Below, in pieces: positions 52,677 through 62,339 of a stretch of DNA of 64,000 bases (its first letter is position 1; every line of letters starts with the position of its first letter). The stretch comes from Candidatus Methanomethylophilaceae archaeon (GTDB taxonomy: Archaea > Thermoplasmatota > Thermoplasmata > Methanomassiliicoccales > Methanomethylophilaceae), in NCBI GenBank assembly GCA_050950505.1, contig JBMNHS010000001.1:896001-960000 (forward strand), read 5' to 3'. A program made the position numbers and the translations under genes. A model generated the notes under the pieces. It had not been told where the DNA came from. It saw nothing but the letters and a program-made list of their open reading frames with translations, and searched no databases.

Positions 52677-53247
52677 TGTTTTCATCTTCCATTTCATGTA
52701 TCAGTCTGAGGATCTGATTTGCCTGATGTCCTGCGCAGACCAATACTCTGGGCGCGTGCATGTCTTTCATGTCATCCGAGGTACCGTCCCCGCACACGTA
52801 AATCTTTCCGAACCTGTGCACGGTGACTATCGTGTTGGGCGTCCCGAATCCCGATATTCCGCTTCCGGACACAAGATAGGTCTCTTTCATTTCCGAAAGA
52901 ACGGTTTCCGCCAGCATGGCTTTGTCTTCGGCGGTATCCAACCCTTCGCAGATTATTCTGCAGTCTTTGAATACCTCGGGTATGTTTTTCTCGGTAAGGC
53001 GCAAATCGTGAAGTTCGAGTTCCGCACCGGAATCTATGAGTTTCAGTATTTCGGAACAGGCTTCGGTCTTCTTCATGCCTATGTGTTTTCTGAAGTATAT
53101 CTGACGGTTGAGATTCGACTCCTCCACGGTGTCGAAATCCGCCAAAACCAGGTTCCTCACCCCGGAACGCACCAACATCATTGCCACGTTGGACCCCAAT
53201 CCCCCGAGCCCCGCAATTCCGACTTTCAGATTATCCGCCTCCGACAA
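52666..53247 (-). CDS. thiF: sulfur carrier protein ThiS adenylyltransferase
   Basis: [36 protein letters not shown]. Confidence 0.9.
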   Translation of the reverse strand: MSEADNLKVGIAGLGGLGSNVAMMLVRSGVRNLVLADFDTVEESNLNRQIYFRKHIGMKKTEACSEILKLIDSGAELELHDLRLTEKNIPEVFKDCRIICEGLDTAEDKAMLAETVLSEMKETYLVSGSGISGFGTPNTIVTVHRFGKIYVCGDGTSDDMKDMHAPRVLVCAGHQANQILRLIHEMEDENNEH

Positions 53248-53425
53248 AGCTCACTATTTCGATCGAATCCGTATTTTTCAGAATCATTTCACCGTAAGTC
53301 TTCTTAGGTACAATCTCTCCGTTCAGCTCAACGGCTATCCTTCCGATGTCGTATCCCGACGTTTCAAGAAATTCTTTCAGTGGAATTTCTTTTATGATTT
53401 CGATTTCTTTTCCGTTGACTCTCAT
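53231..53425 (-). CDS. thiS: sulfur carrier protein ThiS
   Basis: IAVELNGEIV, C-terminal FVGGG. Confidence 0.93.
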   Translation of the reverse strand: MRVNGKEIEIIKEIPLKEFLETSGYDIGRIAVELNGEIVPKKTYGEMILKNTDSIEIVSFVGGG

Positions 53426-53466
53426 CTCGTGACTCCGATGGATTACTTCCGATACATTGTCTTCGA

Positions 53467-54111
53467 TTAACTTCCTTCTCTGATGTGGGGCCGGGTTTTC
53501 AGTATGGCGTCCCGAAGTTCGTGAGCCGCTTTCTTTATGTCTTTTTTGGATACCACGGCAGATACCACGGCGGCGGAATCCGCTCCGGCACGGATAACAT
53601 CTTTTATGTTACCCAGATTTATTCCGCCGATGGCCACCAGCGGTATGTCGGGAACGGCATTCCTGACTCTGACAATGGCGTCCAGTCCTATGCCTTCGCC
53701 CGCGTCCTCTTTGGTGGATGTGCTGAATATGGAACCTATCGCGACATAATCCGCACCGTTCTCATAGGCTTCGACGGCTTCCTTTTCATCGGATACCGAT
53801 ATGCCTATTATGAAATCGTCTCCGAGAATCTCTCTCGCACGGGACAACGGCAGGTCGTCCTGACCGAGATGAACCCCGTCGGCTCCGGCGGCAAGGGCGA
53901 CGTCCACATTGTCGTTGACAATGAATATTCTGTTCATGTCGTCGGCGATTTTCTGAATCTTCATTGCCTGTTCCAATATTTCTTCGTCGGAAGCGTTTTT
54001 CATTCTCAATTGAACGGTTTCCGCACCGCCCTCATAAGCGAGTTTTGCAACCTCCCAATCTTCTTTCCCTCCGGAAAGCGAAGAATCGGTGATGACATAC
54101 AGGTCCAACAT
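53467..54111 (-). CDS. thiE: thiamine-phosphate synthase
   Basis: LYVITD, VQLRMK, IVNDNVD, GVHLGQDD, TSTK, AIGGI. Confidence 0.93.
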   Translation of the reverse strand: MLDLYVITDSSLSGGKEDWEVAKLAYEGGAETVQLRMKNASDEEILEQAMKIQKIADDMNRIFIVNDNVDVALAAGADGVHLGQDDLPLSRAREILGDDFIIGISVSDEKEAVEAYENGADYVAIGSIFSTSTKEDAGEGIGLDAIVRVRNAVPDIPLVAIGGINLGNIKDVIRAGADSAAVVSAVVSKKDIKKAAHELRDAILKTRPHIREGS

Positions 54112-54216
54112 AACAATCCCGATGCAGACACAGGGTTTAATCCAATCGTTGCGGGAAGGCGGATTGCAAACAGTGTAAAAAGGGAAATAAAAAGTTTGAG
54201 TCGCCGTATATCCGAA

Positions 54217-56052
54217 TCAGAACATACAGCGGACGCTGAGGTTGGAGGGCATGTACATGGGACGCACGGGCATGCCTTCGGTTTCCTTCTTGATTCTGTC
54301 GATGAGTTCTTCGACGGTCATGTCCACATCTTTGTTTTCGGATCTGACGTAAACCTTCAGGGAATCGGATTCGATTTCCTTCTCCCCGATAACCGCGGCG
54401 TAGGAACACCAATCCTGTTTGGAAAGCCGGACTTTCTTTCCGACGGTTGCTCCCGTATCGTCGACGGACACCCGGATTCCCGCTTTGCGGATTCTGTTGG
54501 CCATTTCCATGGTAACGCCGATGCAGTCGTCGTTCTTGGCCATCAGTCTGACCTGTTCGGGGGAAATCCAAGTGGGAAGATATCCGGGAACCCCGGATTT
54601 TTCCAGTGCGACGGCGGTGTCCAGAAGGGTGTACATCCATCTTTCGATGGAACCTACGACGGCACAGTGAAGAATAACCGGATACTGTCTTTCGCCGTTC
54701 TCGTCGGAATACTGTATGCCGAACCTTTCGGCGTTTCCTATGTCAATCTGAACGGTGCCGATTTCTCTCGGTCTGTTCATCTGATCCAGCATGTGGTACT
54801 CTATGTTCACGGTCCAATAGTAGTTGATGCCTTCGGGATAGATGTGAATCAACGCGTCTCTGCCGTGTTTTCTGCAAAGGTCGAGAATCAGATCTTTGTT
54901 TTCTTCGTAAGCCTGTCTGGACGAGAAGTTCACCAGCATGTCGTATTCCCTGCCGATGTTTTCGATTTCGTCGAAAATCTTTCCGTCAAGCATTTCGAAG
55001 TTTTCTTTGGCTTGAGGCACGTCTTTGCAGACAACGTGGAAGTCGGGCATGTTCAATCTTCTGGTTCTGAAACACAGCATGGTTTCTCCCGACTGTTCCA
55101 TTCTGTACGCGTCGGCGACCTCGTATGCTCCGAAAGGAAGGTTTCTGTAGCTTATGTTCCAGTTGCGGATCATTGCGAACTGCTGGTGACACGCCGCATA
55201 CCTGAGAATGAATTTCTTTTTCCCGGTGTCTACGGTGTACAGCCGGTCTCCGAACAAATCTGCGTGTTCCTTCACCGCGGGTTCGTCCAGAGAGAACATG
55301 TTGGTTCCTTTCACGCTGTAAACTCCGATGCCGGTGTTGTTCACGATATCTGTGGCGTAATCGGAAATAAGATCGAACATCATTGCGCCGTGGGGTCCGA
55401 GGCTCATGTGGCCGGCATCAGACATGGATTCCCACTGTATGCCGAATTTTTTGCAGAGTCTGAGATAATCGGGTTCTTTGACCGGAGGCGCATCCTTCCC
55501 CAACGCTTCCTTGTCAATCATGTATTTCATGCAGGGGGAAGAGGATTTGTATTCGTTTACTGAAATTTCGTCTCCGTCGGAAGTCAGGACGAAGTATGTG
55601 CTTTCCGCGGTTTCCGCGGGTTTTGCCGATTTTCCGGATATGTCTCTCGAGAGTTCGGACAAAGGATGTCCCTTGCAGCTGATCTCAAAGGATTTGTACC
55701 AACCGAAAGGAGCTCTCATGACCTCAGCTCCGGCTTCGGAAACAATATTTTCGACTGCGTTGAGAATTTCAATGCTGGTTTTCGGTTTTCCGAGATCCTT
55801 GCTCAGGTGGGCGTAGGGATACAGCATAATCCTTTCGGCTTTGACCTGTTCCGCCACGTTCAGAATGTCTTTGGCAGCTTCTGCCGCAACATCTTCCGCC
55901 GCGTCCTCGTCATCGCTCTCCACCGTAATGAATGCGACGAGCACTTCTTTCATTTCTTTTTCGTGAAGTTCGTCGGGAATATCCTCGGCGACCTTGGTCT
56001 TTTCTTTGGCTTCGAATTTCATCGAATCCGCGTGAATGTACAATGCTTTCAT
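54217..56052 (-). CDS. thrS: threonine--tRNA ligase (archaeal type with N-terminal editing domain)
   Basis: YPYAHLS, PFGWYK.F...CKGHPLSELSR, LRYAAC, MPDFH; start at the ATG at 56052. Confidence 0.95.
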   Translation of the reverse strand: MKALYIHADSMKFEAKEKTKVAEDIPDELHEKEMKEVLVAFITVESDDEDAAEDVAAEAAKDILNVAEQVKAERIMLYPYAHLSKDLGKPKTSIEILNAVENIVSEAGAEVMRAPFGWYKSFEISCKGHPLSELSRDISGKSAKPAETAESTYFVLTSDGDEISVNEYKSSSPCMKYMIDKEALGKDAPPVKEPDYLRLCKKFGIQWESMSDAGHMSLGPHGAMMFDLISDYATDIVNNTGIGVYSVKGTNMFSLDEPAVKEHADLFGDRLYTVDTGKKKFILRYAACHQQFAMIRNWNISYRNLPFGAYEVADAYRMEQSGETMLCFRTRRLNMPDFHVVCKDVPQAKENFEMLDGKIFDEIENIGREYDMLVNFSSRQAYEENKDLILDLCRKHGRDALIHIYPEGINYYWTVNIEYHMLDQMNRPREIGTVQIDIGNAERFGIQYSDENGERQYPVILHCAVVGSIERWMYTLLDTAVALEKSGVPGYLPTWISPEQVRLMAKNDDCIGVTMEMANRIRKAGIRVSVDDTGATVGKKVRLSKQDWCSYAAVIGEKEIESDSLKVYVRSENKDVDMTVEELIDRIKKETEGMPVRPMYMPSNLSVRCMF

Positions 56053-56188
56053 TGGACCATGTCCTATATTGCCCCGTCCCCACAGAAAGGGCGGTGCTTC
56101 TTTGTGGAAGATGAAGAGGGTAATATTAAAAACGTTTGAAAAAGTCCGCAATATATTTTAATAAAGGGTATACTTCACTGACTCATAC

Positions 56189-57073
56189 ATGGCATTATTC
56201 AGTAAGCGCAAACGGGACGTGGAGCCTATCTTGGCCATAAGTGTCGTGATATTCCTGGTGGCATCCGGGGCGGTCGCGTCCATGTCAATTTTCGGCAGCT
56301 ACGTCAATGAAGACGATCTTCAGGTCGCACCCGGAAGAACCGTGGAAGTCTACTACACCGGTTCTCTCTACGGATATTATGATGACGAAGGAGCGCTTAT
56401 TTTTGATACGAATGTCAGTGAAAACGTCGAAAACGAAGATTACGCATTTGTTGGCGGATTCGACAAATCCAACAGTTTCAGTGCTATGTCCTACATACAG
56501 GGCAAGGGCAAACTTTTGGCGATGTTCGAAGACGCTCTTGCCGGACACAAGGCCGGAGAGACCGTCAGGGTGGAGATACCTCTGGGCAGCGGATATGAAT
56601 CCGAACATATGGTAAGACCGGACACGTTCACCGTCAGCAAAACGGAATACATGAGTCTGACGAAATTTCAGAGTCTTTATGATGTGTATCTTCCGTCCAA
56701 CGGAGTATTCCCGGTGACTTTCGATACCGTATACGGATGGGAAGCAACCGCGGTTTGGGATTCCGCCAAAGGCGCGGTTGAAATCGTGCACAACCCCACG
56801 GACGGCGAGGAATACGAACTGGAATCCAATGAACTTAACGTTCGGGGTACGGTCAACCTTAAGGTCACGCTCAACGGTGATGAAATCGAATGCAAGATTA
56901 TTCTTGACATTGACGACGATACCGACGATTACATGCTTTGGGTCAAGACCCACTATGATTCGTATTACATATACGGCGAAGCGGACAACAACCGGCTGAA
57001 AGTCACAAACAAACCCGCCGCCGAAGATACGATATACTTTGTTATAACGATAAAATCCGTTTCTGAAAGCTGA
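56189..57073 (+). CDS. membrane-anchored FKBP-type peptidyl-prolyl isomerase-like protein
   Basis: N-terminal TM, VEVYYTG...IFDTN, FEDAL.G...GE...V.IP...GY. Confidence 0.7.
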   Translation: MALFSKRKRDVEPILAISVVIFLVASGAVASMSIFGSYVNEDDLQVAPGRTVEVYYTGSLYGYYDDEGALIFDTNVSENVENEDYAFVGGFDKSNSFSAMSYIQGKGKLLAMFEDALAGHKAGETVRVEIPLGSGYESEHMVRPDTFTVSKTEYMSLTKFQSLYDVYLPSNGVFPVTFDTVYGWEATAVWDSAKGAVEIVHNPTDGEEYELESNELNVRGTVNLKVTLNGDEIECKIILDIDDDTDDYMLWVKTHYDSYYIYGEADNNRLKVTNKPAAEDTIYFVITIKSVSES

Positions 57074-57111
57074 ACGTTACGGTGCAAACCGTGACGGCAA
57101 AAGTTTCGGGT

Positions 57112-57888
57112 TTAATCGATTCGTATCATCGGATTGACCACTTCGTCCCCTTTGCCTATGACGTACTGAGTCTCTATGGACTTCTGAATCAGGGCTCTGG
57201 ATTTCTTTATGGATGAAATCATCTCCGATCCTTTGGCGCAATTGGCGGTTATGAACGAGGATAAAGTGCAACCGCTGCCGTGACCCGAACGTTTCAGACG
57301 GGGATACGCGATGGTCAGGATTTCTCCGTCTTTGTAATAATAATCGATTACGTCGGAAGTGTCCATGTGACCGCCTTTGAGGTAAACGGGAGTTCCGTCT
57401 TTCCCGATAATTTCGCAGGCTTTAATCGCGTCGTCCTCATTGTGAATCTCAATCCCGGCCAGCACCTCGCCCTCAAATCTGTTCGGAGTGATAAGTTCAC
57501 AGAGAGGCATCAGGTGTTTTTTCACCGCGTCGGCGACGCCGTCCCCGGCAAGGGAGCCTCCGACACTGGCGGTGAATACGGGATCTATGATTACCGGCAC
57601 TCCGACGTTTTCCAATTTTTCGGAAACCAATCCGGTGATTTCCGAATTATACAGCATTCCGGTTTTCACGGCCTTGATGTCGCAATCCTCAAAAACGGCA
57701 TCAATCTGTTTTTCAATGACGTACAAAGGAATGGGAAAGATTTCGGACACTCTGCAGGTATTCTGAGCCGTCACCGCCGTGATGACGCTGGTTGCGTGAA
57801 CTCCCAGACTACCCATGGCTTTTATGTCGGCCTGAATCCCGGCTCCGCCCACAGAGTCGGAGCCCGCTATCGTCAACGCGGTTCTCAT
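57112..57888 (-). CDS. thiD: hydroxymethylpyrimidine/phosphomethylpyrimidine kinase
   Basis: TIAGSDSVGGAGIQADIK, TAQNT, KTGML, TPNRFE, HGSGCTLS. Confidence 0.93.
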   Translation of the reverse strand: MRTALTIAGSDSVGGAGIQADIKAMGSLGVHATSVITAVTAQNTCRVSEIFPIPLYVIEKQIDAVFEDCDIKAVKTGMLYNSEITGLVSEKLENVGVPVIIDPVFTASVGGSLAGDGVADAVKKHLMPLCELITPNRFEGEVLAGIEIHNEDDAIKACEIIGKDGTPVYLKGGHMDTSDVIDYYYKDGEILTIAYPRLKRSGHGSGCTLSSFITANCAKGSEMISSIKKSRALIQKSIETQYVIGKGDEVVNPMIRID

Positions 57889-57982
57889 CCCTTCGCAATC
57901 GGTATCGACCTATTAAACGGATTTGAGCGGCATACGTTCAGATTGTCAAAAATGATTAATAAACCCACCAGGATAGGGGGCT

Positions 57983-58348
57983 GTGAAATACAACAGCGCC
58001 CATTTCGTATTGACGGGAGATTCCAGCTACAAAGACTTGGCTCCCGTGTTCCCTGACATTCTGAATATGCTTTTGGGGGAAATCGGCCAGGTGCCCGAGG
58101 AAGAGGAGATTCTGCAAATGTACATTGAGCAAAACATGAGCGACCTTCTCAATGACAAAAAACCCGAAGGATACAACCGCAAGGGAAAGGTCAGACTGAT
58201 TTTCCCCATGAACAAGAAGGAATTTTACCTCAAAAGTTACACCAAGACGGTGGATCTCATCGCCTTGGCGGACGCCGTGTCGGACATTCTGAACGAAGCC
58301 GGCATCAGTTTCGAAACCCTTGAGAACGACCGGACTTCCTTCAGTTGA
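57983..58348 (+). CDS. hypothetical protein
   Basis: Clean GTG-start ORF filling the gap between thiD and argH. Confidence 0.6.
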   Translation: MKYNSAHFVLTGDSSYKDLAPVFPDILNMLLGEIGQVPEEEEILQMYIEQNMSDLLNDKKPEGYNRKGKVRLIFPMNKKEFYLKSYTKTVDLIALADAVSDILNEAGISFETLENDRTSFS

Positions 58349-58349
58349 T

Positions 58350-59795
58350 TCAGCCCAACAATCTGTTCCAGCACTTTTCCGAGTGCAGGGCTTCTCTCAT
58401 GACCCGGTCCATGGTTTCGGCGACGGAGGCTTTGGCGTTGGCTATCTGAACGGTGACGGACGAGGGTGAAGTTCCCCCGTAGGAATTCCTGCGTTCTATG
58501 CATTTTTCCACCGACAGTATGTCGTATACGTCGGCGTCTATCTTCTCACTGAAGGATTTCATTTTTTCCGGAGGAAGCTCCTCAAGTCCGATGTTTTCTT
58601 CGATGCAGTATCTCACTGCGGCGCCGACGATGCCGTGGGCTTCCCTGAAAGGAATGCCCTTCGTAACAAGATAATCGGCAAGATCCGTGGCGTTGATGAA
58701 ACCTCTGTTCATGACCTCCGCCATTCTGTCTTTATTGATTTTCACGGTAACAATCATGTTGTACGTCATGTCCGTGCAATCGGCAACCGTCTGCAATGAT
58801 TCCATAATCGGCTTTTTGTCTTCCTGCATATCCCTGTTGTAAGTCAGCGGAAGACCTTTGAGCATCGTGAGAACGGATATCAGCGAGCCGAAGCTCTGTC
58901 CGGTTTTTCCCCGTATGAGCTCCGCTATGTCTGAATTTTTCTTCTGGGGCATTATCGACGATCCGGTGGAATACCGGTCGTCCATCTCGACAAAACCGAA
59001 TTCCTGGGATGACCACAGAACCAATTCCTCAGACAGGGAAGACAGGTGGGTTGCCAGCATTGCCGCGCAGAACGCGGTGTCGGCAACGAAGTCCCTGTCA
59101 CTGACGGAATCCATGGAGTTCTCGGTAGGCGCCGAGAATCCAAGAGCGTCGGAGGTCATCTGCCTGTCTATGGGGTACGTGGTGCCCGCAAGAGCGGCGG
59201 AACCCAGAGGGCATTCGTTGAACCTCTGATATGCACTCATGAATCTGGAGGAATCCCTTCCCAATTTGAAAACATAAGCCATGAGATGATGTGCGAAGGT
59301 AACCGGCTGTGCATGCTGAAGATGGGTCATGCCCGGCATCACGGTTTCTGTGTGTTCTTCGGCGATTTCTATCATCCCGGTTCGCAGATGTTCGATTTTT
59401 TCAACGACTTCCAGCACGGCGTCCTTAAGAAACATTCTGAAGTCGGTGGAAACCTGATCGTTTCTGCTCCTCCCGGTGTGCAGTTTGCCGCCCACGGGAC
59501 CTATCATCTCCGTGAGCCGGTTTTCCACACAGGTGTGGATGTCCTCCAGGGATTCGTCTATTTCGAACTTCCCGTTTTCCATCTCAACGATTATCTTCTT
59601 CAATCCGTCGATGATCAAATCGGCATCTTCCGCCGGCAGGATGTTGCATTTTTTCAACATCCTGACATGGGCGAGGGATCCCATGACGTCATAGTATCCC
59701 AAAGCAACGTCGACGTCCAGTGAGGACGTGAACGCCAACGTGTCGTTGTCCATGCCTGTGTCGAACCGTCCGGACCAAAGAGGATTTTGTGTCAT
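58350..59795 (-). CDS. argH: argininosuccinate lyase
   Basis: LWSGRF, LHTGRSRNDQ, THLQHAQP, GSSIMPQKKN. Confidence 0.95.
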   Translation of the reverse strand: MTQNPLWSGRFDTGMDNDTLAFTSSLDVDVALGYYDVMGSLAHVRMLKKCNILPAEDADLIIDGLKKIIVEMENGKFEIDESLEDIHTCVENRLTEMIGPVGGKLHTGRSRNDQVSTDFRMFLKDAVLEVVEKIEHLRTGMIEIAEEHTETVMPGMTHLQHAQPVTFAHHLMAYVFKLGRDSSRFMSAYQRFNECPLGSAALAGTTYPIDRQMTSDALGFSAPTENSMDSVSDRDFVADTAFCAAMLATHLSSLSEELVLWSSQEFGFVEMDDRYSTGSSIMPQKKNSDIAELIRGKTGQSFGSLISVLTMLKGLPLTYNRDMQEDKKPIMESLQTVADCTDMTYNMIVTVKINKDRMAEVMNRGFINATDLADYLVTKGIPFREAHGIVGAAVRYCIEENIGLEELPPEKMKSFSEKIDADVYDILSVEKCIERRNSYGGTSPSSVTVQIANAKASVAETMDRVMREALHSEKCWNRLLG

Positions 59796-59799
59796 ATGC

Positions 59800-61044
59800 T
59801 CACTTTTTTGATTTTTTCCTGCGTACGCTGGCCGCAGTTCTTCCGGGCAAACCCCAGCAGTAGATGAATCCTATCGCCGAAGTGTGATCGAAAGTATCTC
59901 CTTCGGAATATGTGGACAATCCCATATCGTACAGGGAGTTTTCCGACTTTCTTCCAACAACGGTGCAGCTGCCCTTGAAGAGCTTCATGCGCACAACACC
60001 GTCGACGACTTCCTGTGTCTGGTCCACAAAGGCCATGAGTGCGGGTCGGAGGGAATCGAACCACAGTCCGTCGTAAATAATCTGACTGATTTTCTGTTCA
60101 ATCGTGCGTTTGAATTCAATGACATCCCTGGACAGAACCAATCCTTCAAGAGCCCTGTGGGCCGTAATAAGAGTAATCGCGGCGGGACATTCGTAGGTTT
60201 CCCGGCTTTTGATTCCGATAAGGCGGTCTTCCACATGGTCTATTCTTCCGATTCCGTGGTTTCCCGCAATCTTTTCTACGGCCGCAACGAGTTCCGAACC
60301 CTCCATCTTTTTTCCGTTGAGGGCAACCGGAACACCGTTCCTGAATTCGATTTCGATGTATTCGGGCTCATCGGGAGCATCTTCGGGGTTGACGGTCTTG
60401 GTCCAAACTCCCGCGGGAGGTTCCATCCAAGGATCTTCCAAAGCACCGCATTCGCAGGATGCGCCCCATAGGTTTTCGTCCCTGGAGTACGGGCTTTCTT
60501 TCTTCACGATGATTTCGATGTCATGTTCTTTGGCGTACTCGACTTCCTCTTCGCGGGTCACGGGGCATTCCCTCATGGGAGCTATGACTTTCAAATCGGG
60601 GTTCAGTGCGACAATTCCGGCGTCGAAACGTACCTGATCGTTTCCTTTGGCGGTACAACCGTGGGAAATGTATTTTGCCCCTTCCCTTTCGGCCACTTCG
60701 ACAAGTTTTTTGACCATGAGTGGACGGGCAACGGCGGTGCTCAGGGGATATACGTTCTGATACATCGCGTTGGCTTTCAGCGAAGGCCATATGTATTCCT
60801 CGATGAATTCTTTCTTGGCGTCTATGAGTTCTGCCTTCAAGGCTCCGTTTCTGAGCGCCCTGGCGATTATATCGTCATCGCTGGGAGGCTGTCCGACGTC
60901 AATGGACACCGCTATGACGTCCAAACCGTAGTTTTCCTGAATCCAGCGTATGGCCACCGATGTGTCCAATCCGCCGGAGTAAGCCAGGACCACTTTGTCC
61001 CGCTTTTCTGTTTTTTCTTTTCCGGAGCTGTTGCCGTTCAACAT
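59800..61044 (-). CDS. argG: argininosuccinate synthase
   Basis: LAYSGGLDTS, HGCTAKGNDQVRF, GIKSRETYE. Confidence 0.96.
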   Translation of the reverse strand: MLNGNSSGKEKTEKRDKVVLAYSGGLDTSVAIRWIQENYGLDVIAVSIDVGQPPSDDDIIARALRNGALKAELIDAKKEFIEEYIWPSLKANAMYQNVYPLSTAVARPLMVKKLVEVAEREGAKYISHGCTAKGNDQVRFDAGIVALNPDLKVIAPMRECPVTREEEVEYAKEHDIEIIVKKESPYSRDENLWGASCECGALEDPWMEPPAGVWTKTVNPEDAPDEPEYIEIEFRNGVPVALNGKKMEGSELVAAVEKIAGNHGIGRIDHVEDRLIGIKSRETYECPAAITLITAHRALEGLVLSRDVIEFKRTIEQKISQIIYDGLWFDSLRPALMAFVDQTQEVVDGVVRMKLFKGSCTVVGRKSENSLYDMGLSTYSEGDTFDHTSAIGFIYCWGLPGRTAASVRRKKSKK

Positions 61045-61318
61045 GATATCGTCGCTTTGATAGCATTTTTTTATTTATATTATTGTGGTATGAATCGCCG
61101 TACGGGAATCGTGTTTTTACGGTTCGGGGGATGTATATGTCTACATTTGTGTCTTTTATCAGACCCCGGTCATACCCAGAGCATCAGTCATCAAACGTTT
61201 CTATACCGCCAAACTGTTGTTAAATTAACGATGTATACACCATATGTCTGAAATAGAACAATATCTTTTTAATAAAGTCTTACGTAAGCACCATTCATAG
61301 ATTTACAGAGGGTCCCCA

Positions 61319-62335
61319 TTGAAAAACATAGGAATCATAGGAGGCACCGGGTACACCGGGAGGGAACTTGCGCGCATACTGTCGGTTCACCCGGAAGTCA
61401 GAATCACGGCCATGACTTCCCGTCAGAACGCAGGAACGGAAGTAAGCGACCTGCAACCGAATCTGAAAGGATATATGAATCTGAAATTCACCGAAAACAT
61501 TCCGGACTCGGCCGATGTGGATCTGGTTTTCACCGCCACTCCCCACGGAGCATCGATGAAACAGATTCCGTCTCTGATGGAACAGGGGATAAAAACCGTC
61601 GATCTGTCAGGGGATTACAGGTTCAAGGATCGCAAGGTGTACGAAAAATGGTACGGGTTTGAACACACCGACCCGGAGAACATACCCAAAGCCGTTTACG
61701 GACTGCCGGAATTTTACCGCAAAGAAATAGCGGATGCCGCACTTGTGGCGAATCCCGGCTGTTACGCCACATCCGCGATTCTGGCCATAACGCCATTGGT
61801 TAATACGGGACTTGTCGAAGGCAGCATATTCGTAGACGGCAAAAGCGGCACCTCGGGGGCCGGAATGAATCCTTCCCCGCGTCTGCACCACCCTGCCTGC
61901 GGGGAATCGGTGATACCTTACGGAATCGGTACCCACCGCCACACGCCGGAAATCGAAGCCGTGGTGAAAGACGTGACGTCGGAGGATGCAGACGTGTTCT
62001 TCGTACCTCATCTGATTCCGATTGTCCGCGGAATACTGTCAACATGTTACGCCGGACTGACCGAAGAAACGACTCAGGAAGACATCGATGAAGTTTATGA
62101 AAAATTCTACGGAAAAGAGTTTTTCGTGAAATACACGGAAGAACCCTCGATCAGGTCCGTGGTGGCATCCAACCATGCGGAGGTTTCCGCAAAAGTCCGC
62201 GGAAAGAACGCGGTGGCCATGTGCGCTTTGGACAATCTCGTGAAAGGAGCTTCCGGTCAGGCCGTACAGTGTATGAACATAATGTTGGGTTTCAAAGAAA
62301 CCTTGGGAATAGGAACACCCGGATTGGGAGTGTGA
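61319..62335 (+). CDS. argC: N-acetyl-gamma-glutamyl-phosphate reductase
   Basis: GGTGYTG, DLSGDYR, ANPGCYAT, SGTSGAG, DNLVKGASGQAVQ. Confidence 0.95.
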   Translation: MKNIGIIGGTGYTGRELARILSVHPEVRITAMTSRQNAGTEVSDLQPNLKGYMNLKFTENIPDSADVDLVFTATPHGASMKQIPSLMEQGIKTVDLSGDYRFKDRKVYEKWYGFEHTDPENIPKAVYGLPEFYRKEIADAALVANPGCYATSAILAITPLVNTGLVEGSIFVDGKSGTSGAGMNPSPRLHHPACGESVIPYGIGTHRHTPEIEAVVKDVTSEDADVFFVPHLIPIVRGILSTCYAGLTEETTQEDIDEVYEKFYGKEFFVKYTEEPSIRSVVASNHAEVSAKVRGKNAVAMCALDNLVKGASGQAVQCMNIMLGFKETLGIGTPGLGV

Positions 62336-62339
62336 TGCA

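Noticed and set aside
54112-54216. TPP riboswitch upstream of the thiamine operon
   Set aside because: No CUGAGA / CCUGAU...GCGUAGGGA consensus found on the sense strand
53485-55563. 692-aa plus-strand ORF
   Set aside because: Antisense shadow of thiE and thrS with no recognisable motifs
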